In this document: one piece after another, positions 32,227 through 42,031 of the stretch
Layout: each line of letters begins with the position of its first letter
Position numbering within the stretch: position 1 is the first letter of the stretch
Assembly: GCA_026395685.1 (NCBI GenBank)
Contig: JAPLYG010000013.1
Coordinates: 387-64,386, forward strand
Source: Candidatus Parcubacteria bacterium
GTDB lineage: Bacteria; Patescibacteriota; Patescibacteriia; CAIXNZ01
Reading direction: 5' to 3'
DNA: 64,000 bases
The notes under the pieces: generated by a model
Database searches by the model: none
Told to the model about the DNA's origin: nothing
Seen by the model: only the letters and a program-made list of their open reading frames with translations
Made by a program: the position numbers and the translations under genes

Positions 32227-34005
32227 TTATTCTCGTTCTAACTTGATTATACCATTTTTCATCTCTGCGCTGATACTGGCAGATGAAATTTTGGCTAAAC
32301 TTGTTAAAAAGTAGGCTTTATTATCCCCGCTCATCAATTTCGGCTGGCTAAGTTTACTCTCAACCGGAAAAAGGCGATAAATTAATTTATCCTGATAATA
32401 TTCCAAACCAACAACCAAACCTTCCTGAGTTGCTTGAGAAAAATACTGGTCAAATATAAAATTCCCCAGAGAATAAAAAATCAATTTGCCGTGATATTCT
32501 TCAATATTCTGAATCACATGAGGATGATGTCCGATTATCAGATCGGCGCCGCTATCAATTAATAAATGCGCGGAAACAGACTGGGCTTTAGAATTAACTG
32601 CCTGATATTCATTTCCCCAGTGAATATTAACAATCAAAAATGAGGAGGGATTTTTTTGCTTTAACTTTTTTACTGCCTCGCTAATCTGAGAGTCGCTACA
32701 GCTCGTCGGATAAGTTTTATTTATACCGAAGAAAATAAATTTCCCCTTGGTCAAAGCTGAATCAACGCCGCATTTGAACGGGTCGCCAAAATATGAAAGG
32801 TTATTGTCTGCCAATAATTTCTTTGTTTCAGCCATTCCAGCCTGGCCTTTATTAAGAATATGATTATTAGCCAGGCAAAATATATTCAGACCGTTTTCCT
32901 TTAAAACTGGGATAATTTCATCATCAAAATTAAAACTCAAACTATTGGGGCCAAAGTCCTGCGGCTCTTTCACAATCGGGCCTTCTAAATTTGCCGCAGC
33001 CCAATCACTGCCTTTAAATAAAGTGCTGACCTGAGCAAAAGGATAGCGCAGGCTGTTTTTCTGCATAAGTTTTTCCACATTTCTATCAAACATCATATCT
33101 CCGCTAAAAAACAAAGTCTGACCTGAAAATTCCGGCTGTTTGCCAAAATCACCCTGTCCGAAAATTACGGAAAAATACGAAGTCGTTTCACTATCTTTAT
33201 CTGATCTGGAAAAATCAACAGAATTATTAGCGGCAATAAACTCATAATCCTCACTATTTTTCAAGCTAGCTGCCAAACGACTGGCATAAAGGCATTGCCA
33301 ACAGTCAACTTCTAAATTGGGAAAATTATCCTGCTCAAAATTTATTAACACGCGCTGGCTCATCACATCATGGAAGTCAGCAACGCTTTCCGGCAAATAA
33401 TGGGAAAAATCAGTACTGGAGACAATAAACAGATCTTCTTCATCAGCTAATATTTTTACTAAATTTTCAATTTCAACGCGGGGCATTTTGGCCGGAACAA
33501 TAATTGGCAGGATTTCAGCCTCAGGCAAATATTTTTTTATGGCCGGCAATAAATTATTAATGCCGTGCTCTAAGTTGACATAAGAATCATTGTAGACAAA
33601 ATTCAAACCAACGAGTTTAGGAGATAAATTTTCAGCAACCGACAAACCACGATAACTGACAGTACTTTTTTCCAGAGTAATAAAATCAACACCACTCTGC
33701 AAAAACGAGGCATTATAATGGTCAGGTGAAATAATCACAATAGTTTTGGGTTTATCTTGCTCTGCAACCTTTTGAAAAAAGTCCTCAATAATCTGGTTGG
33801 CCAGATCATGATGCGGCACGACTCCGCTGACCAGATGGAATTTACTTTCATTTTTAATTATCGGGGCGGACAACACATAGACAGGCTCTATTTTCTGACG
33901 GCAAGAGGCGTCAGCACTGAAAAAAACAATCAGACCTAAAAGTATGGCCTCAAAGATAACAAAGCCACAAATAACAATTACCACCTTGGTAAAACGGTAT
34001 AACAT
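32227..34005 (-). CDS. CapA-family metallophosphatase with an N-terminal MEMO1/AmmeMemoRadiSam-B-like domain
   Basis: C-terminal half has FFSGDMMFDRNVE, ANNHILN, NIHWGNEY and IIGHHPHVIQ (PGA_cap). N-terminal half has VVPHHD and VIISPDHY, reminiscent of the MEMO family. Confidence 0.6.
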   Translation of the reverse strand: MLYRFTKVVIVICGFVIFEAILLGLIVFFSADASCRQKIEPVYVLSAPIIKNESKFHLVSGVVPHHDLANQIIEDFFQKVAEQDKPKTIVIISPDHYNASFLQSGVDFITLEKSTVSYRGLSVAENLSPKLVGLNFVYNDSYVNLEHGINNLLPAIKKYLPEAEILPIIVPAKMPRVEIENLVKILADEEDLFIVSSTDFSHYLPESVADFHDVMSQRVLINFEQDNFPNLEVDCWQCLYASRLAASLKNSEDYEFIAANNSVDFSRSDKDSETTSYFSVIFGQGDFGKQPEFSGQTLFFSGDMMFDRNVEKLMQKNSLRYPFAQVSTLFKGSDWAAANLEGPIVKEPQDFGPNSLSFNFDDEIIPVLKENGLNIFCLANNHILNKGQAGMAETKKLLADNNLSYFGDPFKCGVDSALTKGKFIFFGINKTYPTSCSDSQISEAVKKLKQKNPSSFLIVNIHWGNEYQAVNSKAQSVSAHLLIDSGADLIIGHHPHVIQNIEEYHGKLIFYSLGNFIFDQYFSQATQEGLVVGLEYYQDKLIYRLFPVESKLSQPKLMSGDNKAYFLTSLAKISSASISAEMKNGIIKLERE

Positions 34006-34034
34006 GGAATTACTGCTTCTATCTAATTAAAAGA

Positions 34035-35555
34035 TTATTTTAAATTAATTATATAAGCATCTCCATCGGTAAAAAAGTAATCACCGGCAAAATTTTTATT
34101 CAATTGCGGCTCAACAAACTGTACTTTTTGCCAATTAACAATGGCTCCGGTAGCTGTCAAGTCATTAAAGATATATTCCCGTTCCTTATCCAGGTCGGGA
34201 TTAATTGTATGCGTAAGCAACCATTTCAAACCCTCGTCTAAACTGGCCGTACCCACATAAATATTTTGCCCGTCTAATAGCTGCTGATTAGTCTGCCAAA
34301 ACCTGGCATGATGGCGACTGCGCACAGTTTGGGATTCTGTCGGCTTTTCAAAACCAAAATTGTTTACATAGCCACCCCAAAATACGGGCGTAACCGGTGC
34401 ATTAACATATTCTTTATTTAATATGGCTGCTTCTCCCAATTTAAAAATCGCGCCCAAATTCGGCGAATCAGCCAAAGACCAACCAGCTGCCTTAAAAACA
34501 TTAATTAAATCACCGTCATTTTTAGCCATAATTATAAAACTAATCGGTTCTTGCTGCTTAGACGTTGGCGTCTCACTGTATTTAGACAAGCTCAAACTGC
34601 CGCTAAATAGGTCTAAGACGTCATTGGTTTTTAATACTGCCACCTTTTTCTCTTTTGATAATTGAAAAGGTGGATTATATAAAATACCATAACCCGAATA
34701 AAGGGCAATAAATGTAAAAATTAAAATGGGAGTTAGGATTCTAAACTTTTTGCCTGCTTTTATTTTATCTTTATCTACAGGCTTAATCGCCAAAAGCAGC
34801 CATTCGATTAAACTGATACCTATTAATAACCACAAAATCCCCAGTAAATATCCGCCGATAATGTCGCTTAGAAAATGAAAACCCAAGTACATGCGGGAAA
34901 AACCGATTAATAAAATTAAAACTAAATCCGCGGCCAAAATTAAAATTTTATATTTCCAGCTTTTAATTTGTTTAAAAAGAAAATAAGCAATGAATCCGTA
35001 AAAAGCCAAAGCTAATGTGGCATGGCCACTGGGAAAAGAAAAAGAACTTAAATCAAAGACCGCCACATTTTGCGGCCGCGGACGGTGAATAATCAATTTG
35101 CCTAGATAACTAAACAGAGCGCTCCCCGCCATCACCAGCCATAAAGAAAAAATATAGACTTTTTTTTGCCACAGCCAAAGAATTGCGGAAAAAATAATTA
35201 TCCCGGCCAGAATTAATTGCCAATTGCCGAGCAGAGTAATCTTTAAAAAAATAAGCGTTAAAAGCGGATTGCGGAAAGTATAAAGCAGGCTGGTTAAATT
35301 TACATCGACAAAAACAATCGGATCAGAAGATAAAATATCAGCTATTATCCCTATAAATAAAAAAAAGATGTAAATAAAGATAATAATTATAAAAGTTAAT
35401 GGCAATCCTAAAAAATCCCGCCAATGCAGCCTTTTCTTCAAAAAACCAAAAAGTTTCGGATGATTGGCCGCCTGACTTTGCACATCCGGGTTTGATTTTA
35501 TTGCCTTATAAACTGAGCCCCATACTGATTTTACGAAAGTAAAGATTTTTTTCAT
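34035..35555 (-). CDS. PAP2-family phosphatase fused to an LssY-C-like extracytoplasmic domain
   Basis: SFPSGHATLA and SRMYLGFHFLSD (PAP2 motifs 2 and 3). About 200-aa soluble C-terminal domain. Confidence 0.65.
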   Translation of the reverse strand: MKKIFTFVKSVWGSVYKAIKSNPDVQSQAANHPKLFGFLKKRLHWRDFLGLPLTFIIIIFIYIFFLFIGIIADILSSDPIVFVDVNLTSLLYTFRNPLLTLIFLKITLLGNWQLILAGIIIFSAILWLWQKKVYIFSLWLVMAGSALFSYLGKLIIHRPRPQNVAVFDLSSFSFPSGHATLALAFYGFIAYFLFKQIKSWKYKILILAADLVLILLIGFSRMYLGFHFLSDIIGGYLLGILWLLIGISLIEWLLLAIKPVDKDKIKAGKKFRILTPILIFTFIALYSGYGILYNPPFQLSKEKKVAVLKTNDVLDLFSGSLSLSKYSETPTSKQQEPISFIIMAKNDGDLINVFKAAGWSLADSPNLGAIFKLGEAAILNKEYVNAPVTPVFWGGYVNNFGFEKPTESQTVRSRHHARFWQTNQQLLDGQNIYVGTASLDEGLKWLLTHTINPDLDKEREYIFNDLTATGAIVNWQKVQFVEPQLNKNFAGDYFFTDGDAYIINLK

Positions 35556-35644
35556 TGTTATTATATTATAACAAAAATCATCCTCGATGGCGAGGACGAT
35601 TTTTCACGCTTTTAAACTCCACTGAGCAGGCGAGACTTTAGACT

Positions 35645-37399
35645 TCATATGAATCCTCCAGCCTGCAATTCCCACAATTTCTTATATATTCCCAATTGTT
35701 TAGTAATCAAGCTTTGATGTGTTCCCTCTTCAATTATTTTCCCCTGGTCAACCACAACAATCCTGTCCATTTTCCTGATCGTTGATAAACGATGGGCAAT
35801 CACAATCACGGTTTTATTTTTCATTAATTTATCTAAAGCATCCTGAATTAATTTTTCTGATTCTGAATCCAGACTGGAAGTCGCCTCGTCCAGAATCAAA
35901 ATAGGCGCATTGTGCAAAATCGCCCTGGCAATAGCCACGCGCTGACGTTCACCACCGGACAATTTAATGCCTCGTTCACCGACATAAGTATCATAACCTT
36001 CGGCCAGATTTTCAATAAACTCATGGCAATTGGCAGCGATAGCGGCGTTAATAACATCCTTTTTCGTTGCTTTAGGATTACCATAACGGATATTTTCCAG
36101 TAACGGGCGATGAAATAAAATCGGATCCTGAGGCACCAGGCTGATATTTTTCCAGATGCTTTCCTGAGTTACCTGGCTGATATTTTGCCCGTCAATTATA
36201 ATCTTACCGGCTGACAAATCGTGCATGCGTAAAAGAATCTTGGCAATGGTAGTTTTACCGGCGCCTGAGGGCCCGATTATGGCAATTCTTTCGCCGGGCT
36301 TAATAGTCAGGTTAAAATTCTTAAGCACTTCCCTAGTCTGATGATAATTAAAGCCGACTTCCTTAAATTCAATTTCACCCTTATCTACTGCCAAATTTTT
36401 TGCTTTGGGAATGTCCAGAATCTCAGGTTCAGCATTAATTATTTCAGTCATTTCTTCAGCATCTGACAAACCTTCGTAAAGCCTGACTATGGTTCTGCCA
36501 AAACTCCAAATATGATTAAAAATATTTATTAAATATGCTTGTATGAGTACAAAATCACCTAAAGTTAAAATATTTTTCTGCCACAGCCGTATTGCCATAT
36601 AAAACATGCCCAATTCCAAACTAATCATAAAAAATCCCTGAACAGCATGAAAGACTTCGCTTAAGCTCCAGGAAAACCACATTAAACTCCTGACTTTTTC
36701 CTGTTTGCCTGCGAAACCCTGCTTCTCACGTTCATAAGCATTAAATAATTTCAGGTTGGCGTTATTGGTCACTGTATCAGCCAAATAACCGGTTGATTCT
36801 GACTGGGCATCATTTCTGGCTAAATCATATTTATATTTATATTTGCTAAAAACAGTTACAATCAACAAAAAAACTATCAGCCAGATAAAAATAACTAAAC
36901 CCAAATAAAAATTTCGCCAGAAAAGTATAGCGACAATAAATACTACATTTATTAATAAAGTGCCTAAATCATAGACAATGCGATCGGAAACATTTTCATA
37001 AGCTTTGACAAACCACTGTACTCTTTTGACCAGAGTGCCGACAAAATTATTATTAAAGTAGGAAAAAGAATGCAAATGCAATTTGGCAAAACAAAAGTTG
37101 GAAAGTTCTGACATTACCTTTGAAGATAAATAAACATAAGCAAAGCCCATGGTGCGCCAGCAAAACCAGGACGAAAACGAGAGGCATCCAATGATAATCA
37201 AAATATGGATTAATTGACTTACAACTTCAGGGCTATTACCCAGCATCAGCAGGTCAAAAAATTTCTTATATAAAAGAGGCTCAATCAGCTGCAAAATAGT
37301 GGCGCAAAAAACCCCGCCCAATGTCAAAAACAGGGTCGGTTTATGGCGCCAGTTAAACTGCCAGAAAATTTTAAGCGTTTTTAGAGTATTATTCTTCAT
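35645..37399 (-). CDS. ABC transporter, fused permease/ATP-binding (MsbA-like exporter)
   Basis: Six TM helices N-terminal. GPSGAGKTT Walker A, LSGGERQR signature, ILILDEATS Walker B. Confidence 0.85.
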   Translation of the reverse strand: MKNNTLKTLKIFWQFNWRHKPTLFLTLGGVFCATILQLIEPLLYKKFFDLLMLGNSPEVVSQLIHILIIIGCLSFSSWFCWRTMGFAYVYLSSKVMSELSNFCFAKLHLHSFSYFNNNFVGTLVKRVQWFVKAYENVSDRIVYDLGTLLINVVFIVAILFWRNFYLGLVIFIWLIVFLLIVTVFSKYKYKYDLARNDAQSESTGYLADTVTNNANLKLFNAYEREKQGFAGKQEKVRSLMWFSWSLSEVFHAVQGFFMISLELGMFYMAIRLWQKNILTLGDFVLIQAYLINIFNHIWSFGRTIVRLYEGLSDAEEMTEIINAEPEILDIPKAKNLAVDKGEIEFKEVGFNYHQTREVLKNFNLTIKPGERIAIIGPSGAGKTTIAKILLRMHDLSAGKIIIDGQNISQVTQESIWKNISLVPQDPILFHRPLLENIRYGNPKATKKDVINAAIAANCHEFIENLAEGYDTYVGERGIKLSGGERQRVAIARAILHNAPILILDEATSSLDSESEKLIQDALDKLMKNKTVIVIAHRLSTIRKMDRIVVVDQGKIIEEGTHQSLITKQLGIYKKLWELQAGGFI

Positions 37400-37527
37400 A
37401 AAATAATTTTACGCCCCGCATAAACATGCCGGGCATACACTATAAAAGACGTAAAATCAGGATAATTGTTACAAATATCAGTTTTTAGCAGGCAAACGTA
37501 AATGGCGTGAAATAAATAGCCAACCCC

Positions 37528-37556
37528 TTGACAAATTATATATTTTTTGCTAAATT
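37528..37556 (+). promoter_or_regulatory. Promoter TTGACA-N17-TAAATT with a TGC extended -10
   Basis: Upstream of the J-domain gene. Confidence 0.45.
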
Positions 37557-37595
37557 AAGATAACTCTGAATGTACCTTGAAAGGAGAATATAATA

Positions 37596-37886
37596 ATGAA
37601 TGCACCTGCTGACTTGTATGAAATCATGGGTATTACCCCTAACGCATCGCTGGCTGAGATAAAAAAAGCCTACCGTGCATTAGCTTTACAGAACCATCCC
37701 GACCATAATCCGTCAGATGATGCCAAAACAAAGTGGGCTCAGATCCAAAAGGCTTATGAAATACTGGCCGATCCAGTCAAAAAACTGGAATATGATCAGG
37801 GCAAAAAAAGCGCAATTACAACCAAACCAAGGGACTTTTTACGAGACCTTTGGGATATAATGGTTAACCGAGGACTTAAAAGTTAA
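37596..37886 (+). CDS. J-domain (DnaJ N-terminal domain) protein, stand-alone
   Basis: [34 protein letters not shown] ... [16 protein letters not shown] with HPD tripeptide. Shine-Dalgarno GAAAGGAGA. Confidence 0.8.
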   Translation: MNAPADLYEIMGITPNASLAEIKKAYRALALQNHPDHNPSDDAKTKWAQIQKAYEILADPVKKLEYDQGKKSAITTKPRDFLRDLWDIMVNRGLKS

Positions 37887-37911
37887 GCCTCAAAACACAA
37901 GGGAGGACCAC

Positions 37912-38406
37912 ATGATTATCAATTTCCCGAAAGATATGGGTGAAACCGTTCAACTCTGCGCCGACGCGATCGATAGCTACACTGACCCTGAAGATCCCAA
38001 AGCCCTTTCCCGTACTTGCGAAAAATTTTTCCTGGAGCTGAAAGACCAGGCTGATCTTCTACTCGAAGAACAGTCTTACGGTGTCATGACGCTTTTGGGC
38101 AAAATCAGGCTCATTAACAAAACTCAGGCAATCTTACTTTTCGAAAAGGGCTATTTGCCTTCCTGGGAGGACATCACGGTTGCGGCTTCGCGCCAGCAGC
38201 TGGTTAATGACCTCCGGACCAAAAACGACACTGTCGCCAGACAGATCATAATGATTGCCTTTTGTCTGTCCTGCGGTAGCGATATCCGCTGCGCCGGCAA
38301 AACAATCTTACGGACCTCTGGCGTTCCCAGCAACACCGAAACCCCGGTCAAAGAAGTCGGGGAAGAAAACGAAGGAGAAGAAGATGGATCAGAAGAAACC
38401 GACTGA
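37912..38406 (+). CDS. Hypothetical protein with an acidic C-terminus
   Basis: Shine-Dalgarno AAGGGAGGA. GC-rich. C-terminal EVGEENEGEEDGSEETD. Confidence 0.5.
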   Translation: MIINFPKDMGETVQLCADAIDSYTDPEDPKALSRTCEKFFLELKDQADLLLEEQSYGVMTLLGKIRLINKTQAILLFEKGYLPSWEDITVAASRQQLVNDLRTKNDTVARQIIMIAFCLSCGSDIRCAGKTILRTSGVPSNTETPVKEVGEENEGEEDGSEETD

Positions 38407-39301
38407 TCTCGTTACTTTACCTGCCGAAGAAAGAGCGAATGCGCTCAAAGTTATCACTGCCCAGTCAGGCAAACACGGCGAAAACGAGATTGAAAAACTG
38501 GCTGACACCGAAGGCGATCACTCTGCCATTGCGGTTTTGTTACGGCTCAATCCCCTGGAAATCGGCCGCCTGATCAAAACAGGCGATGTCACGGTTCCCA
38601 CCATGACCGCCATTCTGGCCAATCCTCAACAGATTGTCGAGATGCTGGCCATGGATCCGATGGCCTGGGAAAAAGAGCTCAATACGGAAAATCTTTTCGA
38701 ACTGCAGAATGAAGCGCTGGGCGTGATTTCCCAAATTCTGGCCAATACCCTTGATCGGGCCAAACAGCTTGAGATTCTAGAGGCAATCTGCGCCAACAAA
38801 AACGCTTTTTTCTATCTGTGCTTTCCCTTCATCGGGATTAACACGGACCTGGATGAAAACGAAGGCGTCAAAGGAGTCTTCCGAGAATCCAAGATTGCCA
38901 CCGAAGATCGAATTCGGGAAAAAATCCATGCTGAAACCGAACGAGTCAAGGCTGAGCTTGAAGAAAATAAAGATGAGGAGGATGAGGAGGACGACTTTGA
39001 GCCCCCTCCCAGTATCGAGACCATCGTAAGTGACGTCATCGCCAATGAACGCCAGCGAGAGCCAGTAATCGACCTCGCGGAATTCGAAGCGCGTCAAGAT
39101 CTGCTGGAGCTGATCCATGAAATCGCTCCGGAAGTTCTTACCGAAATGATGGAATTAATCTGCGAGACCGAGGATCAGGCCGGTTCCTGGGAAGGCGTCA
39201 TCAGCCAAATCAAGGAATTGCGCACCAGTGCGGAAAAACTTTTGGGACAGGAACAGGATGACGAAGAATATGTCTCCATGTTCGATCCCGAAAAGAAATA
39301 A
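38384..39301 (+). CDS. Hypothetical acidic protein
   Basis: Start refined to MDQKKPTDL after GAAGGAGAAG, overlapping the upstream stop. The EEDEEDDFEPPPS segment is acidic. Confidence 0.5.
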   Translation: MDQKKPTDLVTLPAEERANALKVITAQSGKHGENEIEKLADTEGDHSAIAVLLRLNPLEIGRLIKTGDVTVPTMTAILANPQQIVEMLAMDPMAWEKELNTENLFELQNEALGVISQILANTLDRAKQLEILEAICANKNAFFYLCFPFIGINTDLDENEGVKGVFRESKIATEDRIREKIHAETERVKAELEENKDEEDEEDDFEPPPSIETIVSDVIANERQREPVIDLAEFEARQDLLELIHEIAPEVLTEMMELICETEDQAGSWEGVISQIKELRTSAEKLLGQEQDDEEYVSMFDPEKK

Positions 39302-39320
39302 CAACCACAAGGAGGTTCCA

Positions 39321-41006
39321 ATGGCGGGTACAGCGATTGTTCGCCACGACTCCCGCCTGCTCCTCTTTCAAGCCCTCGGACATACACAGTTTGGGGGCTT
39401 ATTTTTTGACCAGGTCAAAAAAGAGGGCGCAGGCATGTCCTACGAATTTGCTAAAAAGTACTACACTGTCACTTCTGAACCATATCTGACTCGGGCTACT
39501 TACTGCGTTTTGGGCATTTGCAATCTGGGTCTGGTGCTGGCCAGCAAAAATCAGCTGGACATAGCTCTGAGCCTGATACAGAACAAAAAGCTGTTTGACC
39601 TTTTCCAGCTCGGCTGGGAAAAAATCAGCCAGCTGGTTAAGATGAAAAATTACTGCGACCAAAAAGAACTTGGCGACCAGACCTGGAACATTGAAAAAGA
39701 ATTGGCTGAAAGATTCAGCGCCGAACCAGGCAAAAACTGGATTGGTCTGGATGAATATACTAAAGCCAAGGATGAATATGAGAAAAATTATTTTACTGCT
39801 TTACTGCGGCAACACTTCAGACAGCACTTCATTGCCAAAGCCCGTGATCAGTATTCCTATGAACTGGGCGACTCTTACGTGAATAACAGCTTGTTTACCT
39901 CACTTCTGTTCAACGATAGAATGCATGCACCACTCAAACCTGAGGAATTTGCAGACCTGTACAACTGGTTTAAAAATCCTCGGGTATTGAAAATCATGCG
40001 CCTTAAGCTGAAAGACTTCAGTAAAACACTTACACAAAAACAGCGTCCCTTCTTTTGGGCAGAAGTTGAAGACAGCTTAAATTCCGCGGCTTTTGCCAAA
40101 CTGGCACTTTATGCACAGCAAGGCGACGAAGAAAGAAGCCTGAAAATTTTCTACTCCCAGTTCTATGTGGAGGCAAATCCTGATAAGATTTCTCAGGCCC
40201 GCTATGAAAAAGCCAAAGCTGAGTATAAAAGCCCTCTAAAAAACTTTGAGGATCTGCAGCTCGAGCTGGACAGGCTGAAAGAAAACATGCCTGATATTTC
40301 TGACAAACTGGCGATCATTGATGTGGTCTTAGAGCCCAGATTTGTTCCCTTGCTAACCGCTGACGACCTGACAAACATCATGGCTGCGGATAAAATGCTG
40401 TGGCAGACAAAAATCTGCTGGCCCCTTGTCAATGATCGGGTTTTTCACATTCTGCTGAAGGATAAATCCACCCAAAAGTATACCGGCCTCATGTTGGAAG
40501 ACTTTTTGGGCAATCTGCAGACGTTCACGAACAAACACATTAAAAAGCTGATTGCCAAGCTGCAGATGATGAGCAACACTCAGCTTTATAATCTGTGCAA
40601 AGAATCTGCTGATATGCGCGACTTTTTACTCAAGCACATCCGCAGAGAGCCGAACATATATGCTGATTCAATTTCAGCTGCCGACACCAACATCCTTTTT
40701 ATCCCGCCTAATGAATGGCCGCACCTGTGGCAAGTTTTTTCCTTGGAAAGCGCTGAGTTCATGTTCAAAGAATTGCGGCGTTACTACCGGGAACTAAATA
40801 TCCCCGCAGACCAGGCAGAACAAATGTTCTTCGAACGGGTAAAAATTGTTTGCCGCTTTTACCAGCGCGACAAAAAAAACCCGAAGAAAGATTATCCGAC
40901 CTGTGAAGCTCCGTATTACAATGCGGACCTGAAAAAGGCAGTGGCTCATACCCTGTCTCCCAAAAAATTTAAAGCCTTCAGCCAGAAACTGGCTGATCTA
41001 GCCTAA
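39321..41006 (+). CDS. Hypothetical large, mainly alpha-helical protein (562 aa)
   Basis: Start refined to MAGTAIVRHD after CAAGGAGG. No recognisable domain. Confidence 0.5.
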   Translation: MAGTAIVRHDSRLLLFQALGHTQFGGLFFDQVKKEGAGMSYEFAKKYYTVTSEPYLTRATYCVLGICNLGLVLASKNQLDIALSLIQNKKLFDLFQLGWEKISQLVKMKNYCDQKELGDQTWNIEKELAERFSAEPGKNWIGLDEYTKAKDEYEKNYFTALLRQHFRQHFIAKARDQYSYELGDSYVNNSLFTSLLFNDRMHAPLKPEEFADLYNWFKNPRVLKIMRLKLKDFSKTLTQKQRPFFWAEVEDSLNSAAFAKLALYAQQGDEERSLKIFYSQFYVEANPDKISQARYEKAKAEYKSPLKNFEDLQLELDRLKENMPDISDKLAIIDVVLEPRFVPLLTADDLTNIMAADKMLWQTKICWPLVNDRVFHILLKDKSTQKYTGLMLEDFLGNLQTFTNKHIKKLIAKLQMMSNTQLYNLCKESADMRDFLLKHIRREPNIYADSISAADTNILFIPPNEWPHLWQVFSLESAEFMFKELRRYYRELNIPADQAEQMFFERVKIVCRFYQRDKKNPKKDYPTCEAPYYNADLKKAVAHTLSPKKFKAFSQKLADLA

Positions 41007-41011
41007 ACACC

Positions 41012-41042
41012 AACCCTGAACCATCCGGTTCAGGGTTTTTTT
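41012..41042 (+). terminator. Intrinsic terminator AACCCTGAACC-atcc-GGTTCAGGGTTTTTTT
   Basis: Perfect 11-bp stem followed by T7. Ends the GC-rich operon. Confidence 0.8.
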
Positions 41043-41051
41043 ATTAAATCA

Positions 41052-41080
41052 AAAAAGCGCTTTGTACCAGAGCGCCTTTT
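41052..41080 (-). terminator. Hairpin GCGCT-ttgtaccag-AGCGC flanked by A/T runs
   Basis: Lies between convergent genes, likely the terminator for mscL. Confidence 0.45.
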
Positions 41081-41101
41081 ATATGTAAATTATTTGACTG
41101 C

Positions 41102-41485
41102 TTATTTTTTCAGACTGTCCCTGATTTCCCGCAATAAGACGATTTCCTCAGCCGGTTCCACGGACTTTGCCGCCTCTTTTTTCTTAAAGCGGCCAAGCTG
41201 TTTAATAACCATAAAAATACAAAAAGCAATGATAATAAAATCAATCACGGTATTTATAAACAAACCATAATTAATAGTCACAGCCGGTGCTGTTTCGCTG
41301 GCTTTTTTCAGGATAATTACCAGACTGGTAAAATCAACACCGCCCAAAAGCACCCCAATGGGAGGCATAATGATATCGGTAACAAGTGAGCTGACAATCT
41401 TGCCAAAAGCCCCGCCAATGATTATGCCGATTGCCATATCAATAACATCGCCCTTCATGACAAATTGTTTGAATTCCTTGAACAT
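41102..41485 (-). CDS. mscL: Large-conductance mechanosensitive channel
   Basis: [44 protein letters not shown] is highly characteristic of MscL. Confidence 0.9.
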   Translation of the reverse strand: MFKEFKQFVMKGDVIDMAIGIIIGGAFGKIVSSLVTDIIMPPIGVLLGGVDFTSLVIILKKASETAPAVTINYGLFINTVIDFIIIAFCIFMVIKQLGRFKKKEAAKSVEPAEEIVLLREIRDSLKK

Positions 41486-41543
41486 AAATTTTGGGTTATT
41501 TTATTAATTTAAATTATTAGGACTATTTTACTAATGATGCCAG

Positions 41544-41587
41544 CCCAGCACTGTCATCCTGAGGCTCTCGAAGGATAAAGTGCTGGG
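41544..41587. repeat. Hairpin element family Z, copy 1. The stem CCCAGCACT/AGTGCTGGG displays the conserved core GTCATCCTGAGGCTCTCGAAGGA.
   Basis: The same 23-nt core recurs at 41940-41962 inside a different stem. Confidence 0.6.
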
Positions 41588-41609
41588 CAAGTCTATAATG
41601 TTTTTAAGA

Positions 41610-41909
41610 TTATCTATTCGGATGCTTACGCCTTGAATAAATTACTAATTTATCCACATTTTCTTCAATTAGAGCTTTCTTCTTGCGCCGCGACCAACCC
41701 TTAATCTGTTTTTCACGCTCAATGGTGGAATTTATATCAGTCGAATATTCGCAAAAAACCAATCTTACCGGGCGCCTTTTATAAGTATAACTTTTTTCAT
41801 TTACTTGATTATTATGTTCCCAAATCCGTCTTTCAAGATTATTTGTAACTCCCGTATAATAAGTTTTATCTTTACATTCAACAATATATACCCAATATGT
41901 TTTATACAT
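41610..41909 (-). CDS. GIY-YIG nuclease domain small protein
   Basis: YWVYIVECKDKTYYTGVTNNLERRIWEHN (GIY-YIG core with a conserved R and E). 99 aa. Confidence 0.8.
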   Translation of the reverse strand: MYKTYWVYIVECKDKTYYTGVTNNLERRIWEHNNQVNEKSYTYKRRPVRLVFCEYSTDINSTIEREKQIKGWSRRKKKALIEENVDKLVIYSRRKHPNR

Positions 41910-41924
41910 AAATAATAGTTAAGG

Positions 41925-41981
41925 ATTAAAATCCTAATGTCATCCTGAGGCTCTCGAAGGAGATCATTAGGATTTTAATCT
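41925..41981. repeat. Hairpin element family Z, copy 2. Stem GATTAAAATCCTAAT/ATTAGGATTTTAATC around the same core.
   Basis: Conserved loop with a compensatory, different stem. Confidence 0.6.
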
Positions 41982-42031
41982 CATCGTAATCAACAAAGAC
42001 AATATTTTTTTATATAACATTCCTTTTATCA

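Noticed and set aside
38151-40768. Antisense ORFs inside the GC-rich operon (38151..38351, 38540..38734, 38777..39118, 39175..39387, 39399..39662, 39875..40099, 40202..40432, 40353..40538, 40586..40768) and inside core genes (6100..6417, 10374..10683, 11556..11903, 12131..12517).
   Set aside because: Fully embedded opposite to well-supported genes, with no start or Shine-Dalgarno context. Treated as non-coding.
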